Assembly: GCF_009914755.1 (NCBI RefSeq)
Contig: NC_060932.1
Length of the DNA: 64,000 bases
Source: the human T2T-CHM13v2.0 reference genome, Homo sapiens
Reading direction: 5' to 3' (one strand)
In this document: positions 1 to 17,989 of the stretch, in pieces
How positions within the stretch are numbered: position 1 is the first letter of the stretch
Layout: every line of letters begins with the position of its first letter
Translations under genes and position numbers: made by a program
Notes under the pieces: model-generated
The model's database searches: none
Told to the model about the DNA's origin: nothing
What the model saw: the letters and a program-made list of their open reading frames with translations, nothing else

Positions 1-25
1 TCAAAGTAGATCATATTGCCATGTT

Positions 26-682
<657 letters not shown>

Positions 683-740
683 TCATCTGGCCAAAACTGC
701 TGATAGTTCATGTAAGGGGTTGAGCGTAAAGAGTTCTTAT

Positions 741-885
741 ACCAGGCATGGTATAATCCCAGCTACTAAAGAGGCTGAGGCAGGGGAGTCCCTTGAGCCC
801 AGGAGTTTAAGATCAGCCTGGGCAACATAGCAAGAGCCTATCTCAAAATTAAAAAAAAAAAAAAAGAAAGAAAAAGAATAAACAA
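741..885 (+). mobile_element. Alu monomer (FLAM-like)
   Basis: Single Alu arm with A-rich tail. Confidence 0.75.
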
Positions 886-3009
886 AGGATTCCTAGTGTT
901 TCGCCTGCCCCTAGCAGAGAGGAGAGCTCCCCTAGCAGTAGCTTCTGGAGACTAGATTCTTCTTGGATGTTCTACTTTTTCTTTCTACTCACTCCCAGTT
1001 ATGGAGCTTCAGCCTTCATCTTACCGGGGCTTGGTGGGGGCACAAAGCCATCTTGAAGTTCAGCTCTTCTCATTCCTAACTACCCCACTACTGTTGTCTC
1101 ATCACTAAATCGTTTCCTATAATACGGCATCTGCAAGTGCCTATAAAATAATCCTTCATTAATGGAAGTTTAGCTTCTAAATGTTTTCTCTGATGCCTTT
1201 TCATTGCCCCAGGCTTTGGGAGAACATGCGCAGGTGTGTCTAGGCTCTTTAGTGCTGGTCTGGGCTACAGATAATGATGCTTAAATCATACGTGAGGCTT
1301 GGAGTGAGTTGAACATGGATTAGCCTATCTCATCTAGAAATTGATTTAAACCAAGTGGGGACTCAATCCAGGGCTCTCCCTACCTTTCTCCCCTCTTAAT
1401 CATTTCCTGCCTTAGTTCATGCTGTGTAAGGAATAAACGAGCAATCACAAACATTCCTGAAATGAGGATACCCGTAAGAATTAGGTTTTAAAAGTGATTT
1501 CCTCCTCAGGATGCGGTCTGCATGCAAAAAAAAAAAAAATTAAATAAATAGAACAACAGTACATAGAAGACAAAGTGAACAATTTAACTTGAAAGCAGGT
1601 TCTGCTCCACAAAAACTGTGGTGGAGGTATGGCTGGATTTTTTTCTTCTTAAAGAAGAGGAAAAAGTTATTGATAATGAAAAGGAAATGATCTGAAATGT
1701 TTGGTCTAGAGGGCTACTCCATGTCAGAGGCAAAGTTGCCTCTGCTTCCTGAATATATTATGCCTTTGAATATACTGTGTTACTGATTTACTGTAAGTCT
1801 TAGTTTCACTTTCTATGTTTGTTTATGTTAAACCAATTTATCCTGTATGCGAGAGCTAGCTTAGTTTTGGATTGGACGTCTTTAGAAGCTATATTAGTTC
1901 AGAAGGGGTTGGGAAGTATTGGCTAAATGACGCAGCTTCCAGTATGATTTATACCCAGAAACCTTTGCATGAAGATTCTGACTCAAAATATCCATTGTGT
2001 CCATAAACTAATACATTGTTTTCTATTTTTGTAGACATTTCCTGTTTAACTTTCACATACTCTGTAAAGTAGGTGTGCCTATTACTTTGTTTGTTCTTTC
2101 AGTTGGACAAACCAAAGCTCAGCAAAACCAAGTTATTTTGCTCTCTTCCCTCCCGACCCCCCTCGCCCCAAGGTTACCGTAAAAAGCGGGAATAGAATCA
2201 GTGTTGGCTGCCTCCTAGCTTAATGTTCCATTTCTTGGGTTAAGCCAATCTCAGAGCACTTTTAATTTACCTATTTGTTTAAGCAATCTCAAGGTAAATA
2301 TGCTTGAGTCAAATTAAAACCAAGTGTTTAATGTGCTTATTTTCAGAATGATTTTACTTATAGTAATTGCCTGCAATACATTGTGTTCTTAACAGGGCAA
2401 AGAAGGCTTTATTTAAACACCCCTATCTGGTGACTTAGTCCATTTTCTTTTCATCTGATGATAACATCTGGCAGCACCCTCAGTTCCCAAGTGAGTCACA
2501 TAATGCACAATGTTGCCCTTGTCTGGTTTTCTCTTAGCTGGGACCATCTAATGGGATTTAGGCTAAGGAATTTCTGCAAGCATAATAGTAGAATCTTAGA
2601 TTTGGAAGGGACTTTATTGGTTACTTGGTTGCAATTCCCACCCAATGCAATCACCTCTTCCACAACATACCTGAGAGTGGCGGGCACTCCTTGTCTCCCA
2701 ACTTCCAGAGACAGGGCGCTCACAGCTGGGCAGGACAGTTCATTCCATTATTGAACACTGAATTGCTGGAAGGCTCTTCCTCATGCTGTCATGATGAACT
2801 GTCTCTGTAACTTCCACCCCTTGGCCCTAATTTGGTCATCATATGACAAATTATATTACAGTCATATAATTCAAGTGCACCCTAACGTTGAAATTCTGCT
2901 TTCACGTGATGGACACATGCATAGTTTTCATATCATCCCCTCAGAAGATGACTCTTCCTAGGTAAACATTTCTTGTTATCTTAATTGTTCATTCCCCTTT
3001 TGTGGCTTC

Positions 3010-4570
<1,561 letters not shown>

Positions 4571-5307
4571 CTGTACTGGTGGTTGTTAGGAACAGAGTAT
4601 GGGGCCAGATATAGCTCGATCAATCAATGACTGTTTTCTCACCTGTAAAGTGGAAATAATAATAATGCCTGTTTGAGTTGGAATGGATAAATAAATGCCA
4701 CACCTTTTTCTTAACCAAATTTAGAAACAATTGAGAAATTGTCTCAAAAATCAGTAGGATGGCAAATAAAATGTCAGCTTTATTACTGAGAAAAGTTCAT
4801 ATTGAATAACATTCAGGGGCTGACCCTGTGTCATGGTCTCTGGTAGTGTTAAACAGCCCACAGGACCCTGTTCCCTGACCTCCTGCCCCTCTTGCCATGT
4901 AGATTGGCTGCTGTAAAACATATGGCATAGACATCCAGTGACTTTCTTTGGAGATAGGCAAATCTCAAAGAGAAGGATAGGAGTGAGCCAGTCCGGGCAT
5001 GCATGGTTCTTTTGTCTGAACTCCCAATAAAATAAGCTATTCTTTCTTTCTTGGAGAAGAAGTTGGAGTAGGGCAAGAGGACAGGATTGTGATTCTAGCA
5101 GAGTTCTCTCCACAATCCCTAGCTTTTTGTTCTCTTAATTGATTGGGCTTACCATTAAGGCTGTGATCAACCAGGGCTTTAACTACCCACTTGGGGGAGA
5201 TCAGGTGTCTATCAGAGCCTGCTTCTTCCTTTATAAGGCTGCTCCATCAGTTCCAACCACTGCTTCTTCGGGTTTTCTCTTGGCCACTTAACATTATTTT
5301 ATTTTTA

Positions 5308-5432
5308 TTTTTTAATGTGATAGAGACAAGGTCTCACTATGTTGCCCAGGCTGGTCTCAAACTCCTGACCTCAAGCAATCCTCCTGCCTCCACCTCCCAA
5401 AGTACTGGGATTAAGCTGTGAGCCACTGCACC
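5308..5432 (-). mobile_element. Alu monomer (FLAM-like)
   Basis: GAGACAAGGTCTCACTATGTTGCCCAGGCTGGTCTCAAACTCC. Confidence 0.75.
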
Positions 5433-6302
5433 TGTATTTTAAATTCTAATTCATTACCAACATTTAAAGGGTGGGTGATATAGCACATAAAAATTCACAT
5501 TTCCTAGTTCTTTTGGGAAAAAAGAGGTGAAACAACTTGGGATCCTCATTCTTCCGTGGAAATAATCAGTTGGAACTGAGTATTGGCTGCCAGTTTCAAA
5601 TAGAGCATGGCCTCTCCTATCTTCTGCAATCCCCACTACTCCCAGTTCTTATATCTAGTCACCTCGCTCACACACCTACTTGCCTGGTCCCTGTACGCAT
5701 TTACATTTGTAACTCCCTATGAAAGTAGGCATCTTACAGTTGCACTTAAACACAAAGTCAGTACCTTTAAACACAAAGGTACTGACTTTCCTTTTGTCCT
5801 GGACTGTCTTTCTCAGCCTCGTCTAAGGATGTTTATGTAGTGAACAGCCTTGGAAGATATAGTGTCCCCTCTGGAGCAAAGGCCATTATAACTGCCCATT
5901 CTAAAAGAGTCATGCTTCCTAATCTTTGGCTTCCTCATCCCACTGTAACACACTCCATTGTGTGTGCAGTTGCCATTGGGCTCTCTTCACCCTTTCCTCT
6001 GTGTTTCTTTTGTTATGTGACTGCAGCCCCGTCACAGCAAGGTAGATTGTTCCAGGCTGGGCACCTGACCCTCGAGCAGCACTACATTGGTTGGTCAGCA
6101 CTGATCATGTGGCCTGGCTGGGAAAGATGAGCTGCGGCAGCCAGAGTTTCTCTCTGAGAGAATAAAGTTGTTAGTGACAGGATCAGGAAACAAAAGGATG
6201 CCCAGAAAGACAGAAGATTAGAATTGGGGCCATGGAGGGTAAGAGCAAGTCAAATTTTTGAGTGTAACAGAAGCGCACAGAGAAGCAATGATGCTATGAG
6301 AA

Positions 6303-6311
6303 ACACACACA

Positions 6312-6365
<54 letters not shown>
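6303..6365. repeat. Compound (CA)n(GA)n microsatellite
   Basis: Seen directly. Confidence 0.97.
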
Positions 6366-6367
<2 letters not shown>

Positions 6368-6588
6368 ACGTAGCCCAAGAGAAAGAAAAAGTAGCCTCAG
6401 TTCCAGATGGCTTCCTAGCTTCTGTTCACAAAGAACTTTATCATAAATGGCCTTTTTCTAAGGAATAAATAAGTCTTTGTTTCCATCAACAAAGAGAGCC
6501 TGACCAAGACAGCTGGCCATGCCTGTAAGCAGATGTCTAGCTGAGGTATAGCACACTGTTGCTCTATCACAAAATACTCCTCTTCTAA

Positions 6589-7182
<594 letters not shown>

Positions 7183-7240
7183 TAGGGGCAACCATCTTAA
7201 TCATAGGAACCAGAAAGTTGTCTTTAAAAATATGTGTATG

Positions 7241-8885
<1,645 letters not shown>

Positions 8886-9244
8886 GTGTTACTCTGAAAA
8901 GGTGAATTTTATCTTATGATAATTGTATCTGAATAAAGCTATTATTAAAAAGTGTTTTTTTAAAATGTTAATGTAAGTACAGATTATTGAGTTGTTAAAG
9001 GTACCAAGGAAGTCATCAAGGACATATGTAAGGCACAGAATGAGTCTGCCTTTCAGGAGCTAGAGGAGCTTGGGAGGGTATAACTGAATGGCCTGGAGTC
9101 ATTTGGATTTGTGACCTAGGAGCTTCGATAGTACCAGAAGTAGATGGAGAAAGATGCCCTCCTAGTATTCAACTGTCTGGGCCACATGAGTTTGGTTAGG
9201 CTGTGTTGGCAAGTCCTCCCACCCAAATGATCTTGGAAACATCG

Positions 9245-10190
9245 GCTGGCACTTCACACCCATTAGGATGGCTACCACAGAAAAACAACAACGACAAAAA
9301 ACCAGTACATAACCAGTGTTGGTGTGGGATATGGGGCAATTGGAATCCTTGTACTTTGCTGGTGGGATGTAAAATGGACAGCTGCTATGGAAAGCAGTAT
9401 GGCAGTTACTCAAAAAATTAAATATAGAATTACAATTTTATCTAGTAATTCCACTTCTGGGTATGTACACTAAAGAATTGAAGGCAGGGACTCAAATATT
9501 TTACACCCATGTTCATAGCAGCACTATTTGGAATGTTTTGGAAACAACCCAAATATCTATTGATTAATAATTGGCTAAATAAAATGTGGTACATACATAC
9601 TATGGGATATTTCCTAGCCTTAAAAAGGGATGGAATTCTGATACATGCCATATTATGCATGAGCCTCAAAGACATTGTACTAAGTAAAATAAGCCAGATA
9701 CAAAAGGACAAATATGGCATGATTCCACCTATATGAGGTATGAAGAATAGTCAAATACCTAGAGACAAAAAGTAGAACAGTGCTTACCAGGGCCTGGGGG
9801 AAGGGACAAATTGGGAGTTATTGTTTAATGGGTAGAAAGTTTCTGCTTGGGATGATGAAAAAGTTCTGGAGATGGATAGTGGCGATGGTTGCACACAGTG
9901 TGAATATACTTAAGACCACTGAACTGTCCATTTAACAACCAGTGTTGGCGTGGATATGGGGAAATTGGAACCTTTGTGCTTTGCTGGTGGGATGTAAATT
10001 GGTACAGCTGCTATGGAAAACAGTATGTCAGTTCCTCAAAAAATTAAATGTAGAATTACAATTTTATCTAGTAATTCCACTTCTGAGTATGTACACAAAA
10101 GAATTGAAAGCAGGGATTCCAATATTGATTAGTTAAATGGTTAAAATGGTAAATTTTATGTTAAGTATATTTTACCACAATAAAAATAGA
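9245..10190 (+). mobile_element. L1MB-type 3' end with internal duplication
   Basis: CACTTCACACCCATTAGGATGGCT...GATGATGAAAAAGTTCTGGAGATGGATAGTGGCGATGGTTGCAC...AAATTTTATGTT. Confidence 0.8.
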
Positions 10191-10802
10191 TAGATAAATA
10201 GAGTGGATGTAGCAACATTTTAATCATTGAACCTAAGTGGAATACAGGTATTCATTGTACTATTCTTTTCATTTTTCTCAATATGTGAAAAATTTTGTGA
10301 TGTTTGGGTGGAGTTAGATATAGAAACAATTTACAGTTTATCCCATTTGCAGGATTTTTCCCAGCTCCAAGCTCTTTCAGGATAACAAACACCTCAGACT
10401 AAATCCCCCCAAAGCTTCTCAGCTCACTTGTTAAAAATGTCCTTCCAAAAACTTTAATATTAGTTAGTTGGGCAATAGAAATCAAAGTCTATTTGTCCAA
10501 CATAATGTACAGGCATGTCCTTTTATAACGTTTTTAGAATTCACAAAACAAAATAAACGATTAACAAATGTAAAACATTTGATGGATTTGTGCTGCCAAC
10601 AGAATAATATCCAGAGATGTCTGTAAGGTCTGTATGATCTTTACGGCCTGAGTCAAACTTCTTTCTTAGCTTCATCTAACTTCTTCCCATGCAGGCTGTT
10701 TATCCATTGGAAGAGCATCTGGAAATCTTTGTACTCTTCAGAGAATGCCTTACAATTCCATGATAAGATGTATAAATGCGTGGATTTGCAGAAAATGTAA
10801 TC

Positions 10803-10858
10803 ATAGATAGAGATGTAGCGTTAGATAGATAGATAGATAGAGAGAGAGAGAAGAGAGA
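10803..10858. repeat. (GATA)n/(GA)n simple repeat
   Basis: Seen directly. Confidence 0.85.
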
Positions 10859-11689
10859 CCTTCATGATGAACCCATATGTCTGTCCATTTGTCTTCTCAT
10901 GACCCCATATCACTTTGACCTCTTCTTATATCATCACATCTTCCTTTTCTGACTCTGGACTTCCTACTTCTCTCTTATAAGGACCTTTGTGATTACATTG
11001 GGTCACCTAGACTAGCCCCTGCCTGCTTTGCTGATAAGGAAACTGAAATTCAGATTGGTAAAGTGAAAATGACTTATCCGAGATCATGCAGGTGAGTCTG
11101 TTTCTGCCTCTTTGTATGGAATACTTTGCTACACTTACAAAAAAATTGTGAAGTTGTGTACCAGTATGTTCTTATAAGTATTCTTCTCCTCTTTATCATC
11201 TTTGAATTACCTTAATTTGATCCCCTGGATTGTGGTAAAAAGCATTCTTATTAATTTAGGAGGAATATTCTAATGATCCATTATGTGTTATCTGTGGACC
11301 TGTGGCAGTTTCTCCAATAATGGTGCTCTTAGTCCTATAATAGCCAATGATGGTGACTGGCTGTCCTTAGGAGCAGTGGCATATGCCTGAGAGATGGTTG
11401 GAGGAGCAAATACTTTAGTTTGGAGTCACAGAACAGAATGAATGTATTTAATTCTACAGCTGTGATCTCATTAGTATCTCGCCTACAACAAACTGCACCA
11501 GGCAGAACATGCTTCAGCTTTTTACCCAGCAACTGTCAAGATGCCTTTGTGGAGCTCTTTATCTACAGGCACAATTTCATTGCTCTGTAGGGTATGGTTC
11601 ATGGGTGCCACTTACTTAAGAAGCCAGATGGGCTAGCAAAGCCATTTCAAATATCAGTGATGTACAGTGTTGGACACATTCCAGTAAAA

Positions 11690-11945
11690 ATAAGTTAGCT
11701 AACATACATTGAGTGCTTCTATGTTCCAGGCACTATTCTAAGTGCTTTCTATAGTCTTCAAAAAACCCAATAAGGCAGATACTATTCTTATCCTGATTGT
11801 GGAGGTGTAGCAACAAAGATAAAGAGAAGTTAAGCCACTGATTGAAAAACAACAGCCAGTAAGTAGCAAAGCTGGGATTTGAATCCAGAAAATCTGGGCC
11901 CAGAGTTTGTGCTTTTAAATTTTTATGTTCTTCTGCCTCCTCTGT
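11690..11945 (+). mobile_element. MIR SINE
   Basis: CATTGAGTGCTT...CCAGGCACTATTCTAAGTGCTTT...GCTGGGATTTGAATCCAG. Confidence 0.7.
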
Positions 11946-13283
11946 AACTGTTAAATTGATATAATGGATAATTCTACATTAGAACCATGTTGTTATCCAA
12001 TCTTCTGAAGGAAAATTTGCCTCCCCTCTTTATTTTGCTCCATCAAGGTGTTATTGGATAATGTCCTTTCTGGATCCCACAATTCAGAGTCAGCTCCAAG
12101 ATTTCTGTTGCTATGGAAAATTTCTGGCTGAATGCAGTCTTTCCTATGCTGATTGGTAAATCACTTGTAACTTCTCCAAGCAATGCATTGCTAGAAAGGA
12201 ATTATCATCCCAACTCGCTGATCCCCCTCCTTGGAGGTGAAGCCTTGTGGGCTGGCCTGGCTTGATTGACCCTAAAGGCCTGGGCAGGAAGCCAGAGGTT
12301 CTTACCCACACTTAATGACAGGGGAGCCGAGACACCAAGAGCAGCCAGGGGGTAGCCAGCGAACTCAAGACTTTTATTCTAACAAGTAGCATTGAGATAG
12401 GTAGGGAGAGATGAAGCAGAGAGGAATGAGATTAGAAGGCCAGTGAAGACAGGAGCAAGAAGAGGCAAGCCAAAAGGAGTCATTGGAAGGCATTCCAGGC
12501 AATTCTGAGCAACTCTATGCAAGATCAGAGACAGGAAGCTGTTGCCAGATGCACAGACAAGTTGGAATACACTTCACAAACATCACAGAAAATATAAAAC
12601 TCTATTCAAATCCTTACTGACATATGTATCCTTTAAATACACGTGTAATCTCAGTATGATCGATTCTGTGCACTCTTTTTACTTGGTGTTTATAAAGTGG
12701 TTCCAAGAAGCCACATACTGCACATTCCTGGATTATAGTTTGATGACATTCTTTCCTCTTGCTGTTTAGCCATTTGCTTGTTCTTGAGATGGTTCCAACA
12801 TCTTGCTCGTGTAGGTAGTGCCTTGGTAAGGTGTTGTGGAAATGTGCCTGCCAAAGCAGCATTCCTCCAGGCACACACACACCTGCCTGCTCATCGTGGG
12901 CACCAGTATCTTGACCAAAATAGTCATCTGGGATCCACCATGGCCAGCTGTCCACCTCTAACAATAACCAAAGGGGTCCTGGAACTCAGGACCTTATAAA
13001 AACCTCAGAGGATTAACTGAGAAAGACCAAGCCCAGACTATAAAAGAATAAAAACATATTATTTACCATTATCATACAAATGACCATATATTATATGAGT
13101 TTTAAAATACTGTTTAGCGGGCTCCTATGTTCACTTTATATCCTCCAGCTATGGATAAGCCTTTTGTCCCTGCTTCCAGTATGGTTCTTCTGCTTTTGCA
13201 TCCTGATTCTGCTGGTTTCACTCCTCTGCTTAAAACCTCCCATTGATTCCTACTGTTCTTAGAAAGAAACCCATGCTTCCAAC

Positions 13284-13849
13284 TATGGCGGACAGAATAA
13301 TGGCCCCTCAAAGATGTCCACCTCCTAATCCTTGGAACCTAATTATGCTATTTTACATGGCCAAAGGGGCTTTGCATATGTGCTTAAGTTAAAGACTAAG
13401 TGTGCAAAGGCCTCTGCTTTTGTATGTAATTGTAATGGGTTGAATAGTGGCCCTCAGAAAGATATGTTCAAATCTGAACCCCCAGAACCTGTGGATTTGA
13501 CCTTATTTAAAAAACCGTTCTTTGCAGATACAATGACATGAAAGGTCTCAAGATGAGATCATCATGGGTTTAGGGTGGGCCCTAATCTAGTGACAGGTGT
13601 CCTTATAAGAGAAAGGCAGAGGAGATTTAAGATGCAGAGACACACGGGGGAGACTGGAGCTCCACTGACACAAGCCAGTGAACTCCTACAGTCACCAGAA
13701 GCTAGAAAGGCAAGGAAGGATTCTCTCCTGGAGACTTCAGAGAGAGCTTGAACGTTCTGGCCTCTAAAACTATGAGAGAGTGGATTTCTATTGTCTTTAG
13801 GCCATTCAGTTTGTGACAATCTGTTCTGGCAGCCACAGGAAACCAACAC
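13284..13849 (+). mobile_element. MLT1 LTRs (fragment 13284-13410 plus MLT1B/C-like 13431-13849)
   Basis: TGTAATGGGTTGAATAGTGGCCC...GTGTCCTTATAAGA...GCAGCCACAGGAAACCAACACA. Confidence 0.75.
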
Positions 13850-14984
13850 AACAATCTTCCCTACACTCCTCTGTTACACCATAAACCATTAAGATCCTGT
13901 TTGCCTACCACGTTGCAGACAAAAGACACCTTGCCATCCTGCTCCCTCCTGTCCCTCCATGCTCCTGCCGATTCCTCTCTCTCCTCCCCAGTGCTTTGAT
14001 GACCCATTAGTATATATTTCTCTGTGTGACTTTGCTTTTAGCACACACAGTACAAACATTAAGATTAAAAACAAACAGCACTAAGATTAAAAATGTTTAG
14101 CAACCAGGATGCCCCATGGGCTGACAAATCTGAATGGACGCCAGTTGCCACGATGGAGCAAAGTCCAGATGGCCCACTGCCAGGCCAGGCATTGCCCCCT
14201 TAGGTGCTGGATCCTGGCCAGCAGATATTGGCAAGACTCCTGGTGTTAATTCTCACTGTATACCAGGGCCTGTGCTGAGTAGACGATCTCTTTGAGACCA
14301 CCACAGTCCTACGGGTGAGGAAACTGAGACTGACTGAAGTTCAGTGATGTGCCGGAGGTCACACAGGTTGTAAGCAAGTGGCAGAGGAAGGGCTGGAAAC
14401 CTGGTGGCCTGACTTTAGTCTGATTTTTTGTGGGGAGTGTGAGGAAAATCCTGGAGAGAATCATTTCTCTATGGAGTAGGGAATACTTAAAAAAGATGTG
14501 TCATCAGTCTAGGGGCCTTCGAAAATTAAATTATTTACTTCAGACAAATGGTGCCAGAGGGGATAGTAGCTGACTCATCATTCAGTCCCCACTGGAGCTG
14601 CAGGTATAAGCGCTGGGAGGGAGGTCTCATGGAGGAATGATCAACTCTGCGCCATCCCCATCCCAGGGAGAGGAGAGCTCAGAGCTTATGATACAGTGAG
14701 GTGCAGAGTACGCAGAGTCTGAGGGACCTTCCAGGGGTCAGGAATTGTATCCAGGTTCCGGGAGGTGAGAACTTGGCGGGATTTCTTAAGCCCTGAGGCT
14801 TTCCTGCATTGACTCTTCTTGCCTTCAAGCCCTGCTTGCCTTCCTGAGGTCATCTGCAGTGAAGGCTTAGCCAGGAAAGGAAATAAGTGCTTTTGTTAGG
14901 AAAGAGCAAAGACTGCATTGGACAAGCAATCTGCACCTCCATCCTTGGACTAGAGAAGAGAAGTCAGAGATAAAATGAGTGCCA

Positions 14985-15087
14985 CTGGCAAGAATCACAT
15001 GAACCCGGGAGGCAGAGAGGTTGCGGTGAGCTGAGGTGGCACGCCTGCACTCCAGCCTAGGGGACAGAGAGAGACTCCGTCTCAAAA
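14985..15087 (+). mobile_element. Alu 3' fragment
   Basis: GAACCCGGGAGGCAGAG...CACTCCAGCCT...GAGACTCCGTCTCAAAA. Confidence 0.85.
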
Positions 15088-15404
15088 TTTGTAGGGACAT
15101 GGATGAAATTGGAAACCATCATTCTCAGTAAACTATCGCAAGAACAAAAAACCAAACACCGCATATTCTCACTCATAGGTGGGAATTGAACAATGAGATC
15201 ACATGGACACAGGAAGGGGAACATCACACTCTGGGGACTGTTGTGGGATGGGGGGAGGGGGGAGGGATAGCACTGGGAGATATACCTAATGCTAGATGAC
15301 GAGTTAGTGGGTGCAGCACACCAGCATGGCACATGTATACGTATGTAACTAACCTGCACAATATGCACATGTACCCTAAAACTTAAAGTATAATAATAAT
15401 AAAA
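15088..15404 (+). mobile_element. Young L1PA (L1PA2-like) 3' end, ~315 bp
   Basis: GGGACATGGATGAAATTGGAAACCATCATTCTCAGTAAACTATCGC...GCTAGATGACGAGTTAGTGGG. GAG rather than ACA/ACG at the L1HS diagnostic site. Confidence 0.9.
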
Positions 15405-16081
15405 CAAACAAACAAACAAACAAAAAATGAATGGTGTTGTCTTTAAAGGGAGAAGGGCCCTCAGTGGCCTGAGGCTTGCACAAGAGAAGAAAGGAGAAGG
15501 GTGGGGAGTGGGTGCCTCACCCTTAGCCAGAGGCATGGTCCCAGAAGTTTAACCACTGAACCCCAGTGGTTCCCTGACAGGCAGGTGGAGGTGAATGTGA
15601 GGGAGGCCCACAGGACCGCAAAAGCAGCTGGTGCTGTGAGTTCACCAGTAAGTGACTTTCCTGTGATTTCCCCGCTTATACCAAAAGCCATGTTTGCTGA
15701 AAGTCAATGGCATTTTCTGGAACTGCCTATGGAGGTGTACTTCACAGGAACTTTTAAATAACTTTAGTCCCAAGTGATTCATTATTCTATTCCATTAGTT
15801 AGTTGTTGGCAGATCTGTCACACCGTATACAAAAGCTGAGCTATTTCAGTGACTGTACTTATGAGTCATCTTGCTGACTTTCTGTATATATTTTCTACCA
15901 CTGTTCTATAATCTCTTTCATTCACCCGGTATATACAGGTGATAATTATGTTCTTTCCTTTTCCCATATTTTTCTTTCTGTGAGATTAAAATAGCAACAT
16001 TAACAAAAAAGTCAGGTATGGTTTTCTTTAACATATTGTTGAGATTTATGAAATGGACTTTGATACCAGTGCTTCAGATTA

Positions 16082-16357
<276 letters not shown>

Positions 16358-17095
16358 TCATGTACTCAACTTGCCAAATTGCCAACTCTTCAAAAATTCT
16401 TTTTATGTTTAATCAATCTAATTTATTCATCATTTCTACTGGAGTCTAAAAAGTTTGTCTTGAACACCTCAATATTTGTCAGCACCAAGAAGGCTGAAGG
16501 GTCTTATTTAGGAAGGAGAGAAGGAAAAATTATAGTGACCCAAGAAAAGATGGATCTGTATGACTGAGATGACTGCAAGCCACATGTTCCACTTACTATG
16601 CTATTTCTGGAAGGCATCCCTTGGCAACTTTTAAATGTTATATTATCATTTCTTGGAGACTTCTCTAGCTGTTTAAATGTGGTGAGAAGATGACAGAGTT
16701 ATAACAGGAGAAGGAAGAGTCTTGCTTCTCTGATTGAAAACTGTTTCTCCATTTCCCTTCTTTTTTTTTTTTTCAGTCCTTGAAACTTTCTCCAGTTGAC
16801 TCAGCCACACTGGTTGGAGCTCTCTTGCACATACTCAGAGGAACGCACACTTCTCCATTCAAACGACTGCATCAGGAAGTTAGAAGCATAACTTTGACTC
16901 AGTCGAGGCTTTTCTAGCCACGTATTTCACATACGCGAGCTGTCAGACCTCGGATGAGGGTCTTTACGCAGCTTCAAGGTATCTTTTCAGTTGCTCCAAA
17001 CATGACTGCTTGGCAGATAGTTTTGAGAGAAGGTGTGACCTCAGAGTGTGAGAGCTGCTCACTTGTTCAGGCAGGTGCCCTAAAATGACACATGT

Positions 17096-17449
<354 letters not shown>

Positions 17450-17578
17450 TTAAGGAATGCTCAACAGCTGGAATATTCTCAGTTTTTAAAGTTTTTTTTT
17501 TTTTTTCTAGATGCCGCAGATGGTGATTTGTTCTTCAGCCATGATCACTGGGGCCTGGATCATGCTTTTTACAAGTGA

Positions 17579-17907
<329 letters not shown>

Positions 17908-17989
17908 TGAGTTTAACCATATTTTGAAGTAAAAAGTACATGTATTTAAGAGAACTGAAAGTGACTCTGTGTGACTGGATTATTGTGTT

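Noticed and set aside
12614-12964. 116-aa minus-strand ORF as a novel gene or processed pseudogene
   Set aside because: No ATG at the listed start, and no parent protein, poly-A or TSD recognised. Only the frameshifted BED-like pattern is kept as a tentative finding.
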